Shown piece by piece: positions 29,534-32,000 of a DNA stretch of 32,000 nt. How positions within the stretch are numbered: position 1 is the first letter of the stretch; the number at the start of each line of letters is the position of its first letter. The notes under the pieces were generated by a model that was not told the DNA's origin, ran no database searches, and saw only the letters and a list, made by a program, of their open reading frames with translations. The DNA comes from a secondary endosymbiont of Trabutina mannipara (GTDB lineage: Bacteria; Pseudomonadota; Gammaproteobacteria; Enterobacterales; Enterobacteriaceae). Made by a program: the position numbers and the translations under genes. The stretch covers positions 210,001-242,000 of the forward strand of contig NZ_LT594522.1 in NCBI RefSeq assembly GCF_900090215.1. The letters run 5' to 3'.

Positions 29534-31032
29534 AAAAAAATAGTAAATATAACTGGCATAAAAAACATAATTTTATGTTGTATTGGATCAGTATTGATCG
29601 ACATTTTATGAATAAAGAACATAGTCACACCCATCAGTGTCGGCAAAATATAGTAAGGATCTGGAGCAGATAAGTCATGTATCCACATACTAAAAGGAGC
29701 ATGATGTAATTCAATAGAGCTTGAAAGCATGTAATATAACGATAATAAAATAGGCATCTGTATTATTAGAAGTAGGAATCCACCAAAAGGATTAACCTTT
29801 TCTGCTTTATATAAAGCTATCATTTCTTTACTATATAGCTGTTTATTATCATATAAACGCTCTCGTATCGCTGTTAGTTTAGGCTGCAGAATACGCATTC
29901 TATACATTGAAGTATACTGCGATTTTGTAATAGGATACATAAGGCAACGTACGATAAAAGTAATGATAATAATAGAAACCCCCCAATTGCAAGTATAGCT
30001 ATATATAATAGTTAATATTTTAAATAATGGTTGATAAATGAACCATAACCAGCCATAATCGATTACAAGGTCTAAATAAGGGGCAATATCTGCCATCTTC
30101 TGAATTTTGGGACCAATCCATAATGATGCATTTAATTCTTTTTTGCTACCTGCTGCAATAATAACAGGAGTAGATTTAAATCCGATCTCAGCTTGACCGT
30201 TACTTAAATACGTTGTATAAAACGTATTTTTTCCTTGGGTAAAAGGAATCCAAGCAGTAGCAAAATATTGCTGTAGCATAGCGATCCAACCTCCATCAGT
30301 ATAGACGCTTAAATTTTTTACTTTAATTGCTTTAAAACTATACTTTTGATATTTTTTTGCAGTGGTAGAATAGGATGTGCCACGGTAGCCATGAATTGAA
30401 AAATTGCAATTTTTTATTTTTTTTGGGAAAATAATAGACTGTTTTAGTTTACCAAACAAAATTAGCTCTAATTGCTGCGTATTATTTGTGTTATTAACAT
30501 TATAATTGATGTTAATAACAAATTCACCGCGTTTTAAAATAAAAGTTTTTTTGTAAACAACACCATCGTAATCGACGTAAGTAAAAGGGACGCGTAACTC
30601 TTTCTGAGTATCCTCCATAATATAGGTATTTTTATTAGTTTTATAAAGCGGGCGAAAAATATTTGATTTATTTTTCTGACTATTTTTTACCGTTAGGCCG
30701 CTTTGAGCCTGATATACAAATTCATTAGATGTTTCAAGTAAATGAAAAGGTTGCAGTGAATCTAATTTATCTGAATAAGTTAACAGAAAAGCCTGCTCAA
30801 TATCACCACCGTAAGGGTTTATTTTTAGTGATAATACGTCAGTATTCACTGTAATAAACCTACCTTCATGTTCCCTAGGAACTTTATTGCTGTTGGGGTC
30901 TAACTCTTGTTGCATTTTATGCTGATTAGTATACTTAGAATAATATTCAGTGTCAGTTTTTTGCAAAAAAATGAAAAACACGCACAGCATAGCTATTACA
31001 ATAATTACAAGAATATTATATTGTGAATCCAT
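29512..31032 (-). CDS. yidC: Membrane protein insertase YidC, main reading frame (terminates prematurely after a frameshift in a homopolymer)
   Basis: 506-aa [19 protein letters not shown] compares with E. coli [67 protein letters not shown] and [12 protein letters not shown] are all conserved. After ...PVIFTIFF the frame reads YYYHQV* instead of the conserved [11 protein letters not shown]... Confidence 0.93.
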   Translation of the reverse strand: MDSQYNILVIIVIAMLCVFFIFLQKTDTEYYSKYTNQHKMQQELDPNSNKVPREHEGRFITVNTDVLSLKINPYGGDIEQAFLLTYSDKLDSLQPFHLLETSNEFVYQAQSGLTVKNSQKNKSNIFRPLYKTNKNTYIMEDTQKELRVPFTYVDYDGVVYKKTFILKRGEFVININYNVNNTNNTQQLELILFGKLKQSIIFPKKIKNCNFSIHGYRGTSYSTTAKKYQKYSFKAIKVKNLSVYTDGGWIAMLQQYFATAWIPFTQGKNTFYTTYLSNGQAEIGFKSTPVIIAAGSKKELNASLWIGPKIQKMADIAPYLDLVIDYGWLWFIYQPLFKILTIIYSYTCNWGVSIIIITFIVRCLMYPITKSQYTSMYRMRILQPKLTAIRERLYDNKQLYSKEMIALYKAEKVNPFGGFLLLIIQMPILLSLYYMLSSSIELHHAPFSMWIHDLSAPDPYYILPTLMGVTMFFIHKMSINTDPIQHKIMFFMPVIFTIFFYYYHQV

Positions 31033-31078
31033 TTTTTTTATTTTTATGGTTCTCTGTTAAGTAAGATGGTCCTCTAAA

Positions 31079-31435
31079 TTAAAAATGGAGACAATGGTAG
31101 TTCCATAATTTATCTAATGTTTCTGTTATGGCAGAATTATTTTTATAAAAATTTGTAAAGTCTTTTTTAGCAATAACTACAAAATCCATTGTAGGCAATG
31201 TATGCTGTTGCCGTCGAAAACTTTCGCGTATTAATCGTTTAATTTTGTTGCGTTCATGAGCCTTTTTTATATATTTTTTTGCTATAGTAAAACCAACTCT
31301 TGGATAACCTAATGTATTCAAGCGGCTAAGAATAAGAATATATTGCGTACCCACACGGTGAGGTTTCTGAAATACGAAAAAAAAATCATTAGAAGTTAAC
31401 AACCGTAACTTACGGGTAAATGCAATCTTAATCAC
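31079..31435 (-). CDS. rnpA: Ribonuclease P protein component, GTG start
   Basis: 118-aa ORF. (M)[29 protein letters not shown] compares with E. coli [29 protein letters not shown]. The RNR motif [16 protein letters not shown] is present. The GTG at 31433-31435 overlaps the rpmH stop codon by one base (TAGTG). Confidence 0.95.
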   Translation of the reverse strand: MIKIAFTRKLRLLTSNDFFFVFQKPHRVGTQYILILSRLNTLGYPRVGFTIAKKYIKKAHERNKIKRLIRESFRRQQHTLPTMDFVVIAKKDFTNFYKNNSAITETLDKLWNYHCLHF

Positions 31436-31584
31436 TAGTTTTCTTTAGAAGAAACAGTTAAATACGAACGTCCTTTAGCACGTCGTCGTGCTAAAATATG
31501 ACGCCCTTTTTTATTTGCCATACGAATTCTAAAACCATGGGTGCGATTACGTTTTAATACTGATGGTTGAAAAGTGCGTTTCAT
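31435..31584 (-). CDS. rpmH: 50S ribosomal protein L34 (49 aa; below the ORF-track cutoff)
   Basis: The minus strand has ATG at 31582-31584 and TAG at 31435-31437. [49 protein letters not shown] compares with E. coli [46 protein letters not shown]. Confidence 0.95.
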   Translation of the reverse strand: MKRTFQPSVLKRNRTHGFRIRMANKKGRHILARRRAKGRSYLTVSSKEN

Positions 31585-31792
31585 AGCGATATTTACCTAA
31601 ATTTTAGATAATAAATAAGGTAATAAAATACCGATTCATATTATTTATTATAGAGAAATTATCATTATAATAACTGTTAGTCAATTTACATTACGTATTA
31701 CTTTTAAAAAAAAGAGGTAATATTTTTACGATTAGCGCCGATAGCGATGACGTTAATTATGTTTTCCTAAAAAAACTTAGAATAAAGAAGCT

Positions 31793-32000
31793 ATGAAATT
31801 TATCATAAAACGTGAGCATTTAATCAAGCCTCTGCAACAAGTAAGTAACACATTGGGTGTTAGGCGTCCTCTTTTGCCTATTCTAAATAATATACTATTA
31901 CAGATAAATAAAGATAATTTGCTATTGACTGGTACCGATTTAGAACTAGAAATAGTAGCTAAGGTCGTTCTTAATAATTTTTATGAGCAAAGTGTAGCTA
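31793..32000 (+). CDS. dnaN: DNA polymerase III beta sliding clamp, N-terminal part (continues beyond the window)
   Basis: ATG at 31793. MKFIIKREHLIKPLQQVSNTLGVRRPLLPILNNILLQINKDNLLLTGTDLELEIVAKV compares with E. coli MKFTVEREHLLKPLQQVSGPLGGRPTLPILGNLLLQVADGTLSLTGTDLEMEMVARV. Confidence 0.95.
   Translation, partial: MKFIIKREHLIKPLQQVSNTLGVRRPLLPILNNILLQINKDNLLLTGTDLELEIVAKVVLNNFYEQSVA

Noticed and set aside
31585-31792. oriC or DnaA-box cluster in the rpmH-dnaN spacer
   Set aside because: No TTATCCACA or TGTGGATAA-like 9-mers and no AT-rich 13-mer repeats were recognisable. In Enterobacterales oriC normally lies near mnmG/mioC rather than here.

Overview
This is an AT-rich window (roughly one-third G+C by eye) that is very gene-dense and made almost entirely of core housekeeping genes. 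Their products align readily by eye with E. coli proteins recalled from memory.

Gene content, in order: dnaK (3' end)-dnaJ, rpsT, ileS, recA-alaS-csrA-tRNA-Ser(GCU)-tRNA-Arg(ACG), tyrS, rnt, ibaG, ribE, tRNA-Pro(CGG), greA-rlmE-ftsH-secG-tRNA-Leu(GAG)-nusA-infB-rbfA-truB-rpsO-pnp-deaD, a tRNA-Lys, mnmE-yidC-rnpA-rpmH, and the start of dnaN.

Gene order is E. coli-like in blocks. Many genes that sit inside those blocks in E. coli are missing from their expected positions: ribF, lspA, recX, yhbY, folP, glmM, metY, nlpI, yidD and dnaA. Spacers are AT-rich. This is the signature of a reduced-genome Enterobacterales chromosome of the insect-endosymbiont type. I cannot name the organism from sequence alone.

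I found no mobile element, CRISPR array, defence or toxin system, or accessory island, and I do not think this window contains a novel multi-gene system. What deserves a second look is detail of reductive evolution:
- yidC is broken by a 1-nt frameshift in a homopolymer, with an intact out-of-frame C-terminus.
- dnaA is completely absent between rpmH and dnaN.
- deaD is truncated, with a decayed RNA-binding-domain remnant and a 13-bp duplication.
- The tRNA-Lys has a CUU anticodon on an E. coli lysT-like body.
- grxD is a pseudogene, while its partner ibaG is retained.
- Only a 31-codon rimP remnant is left.
- infB contains a near-perfect 24-bp tandem array.
- The recA SOS box is half destroyed.
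- Several spacers carry perfect short tandem duplications.

Two real genes missing from the ORF track (csrA, rpmH) and five tRNAs were found by reading the sequence.
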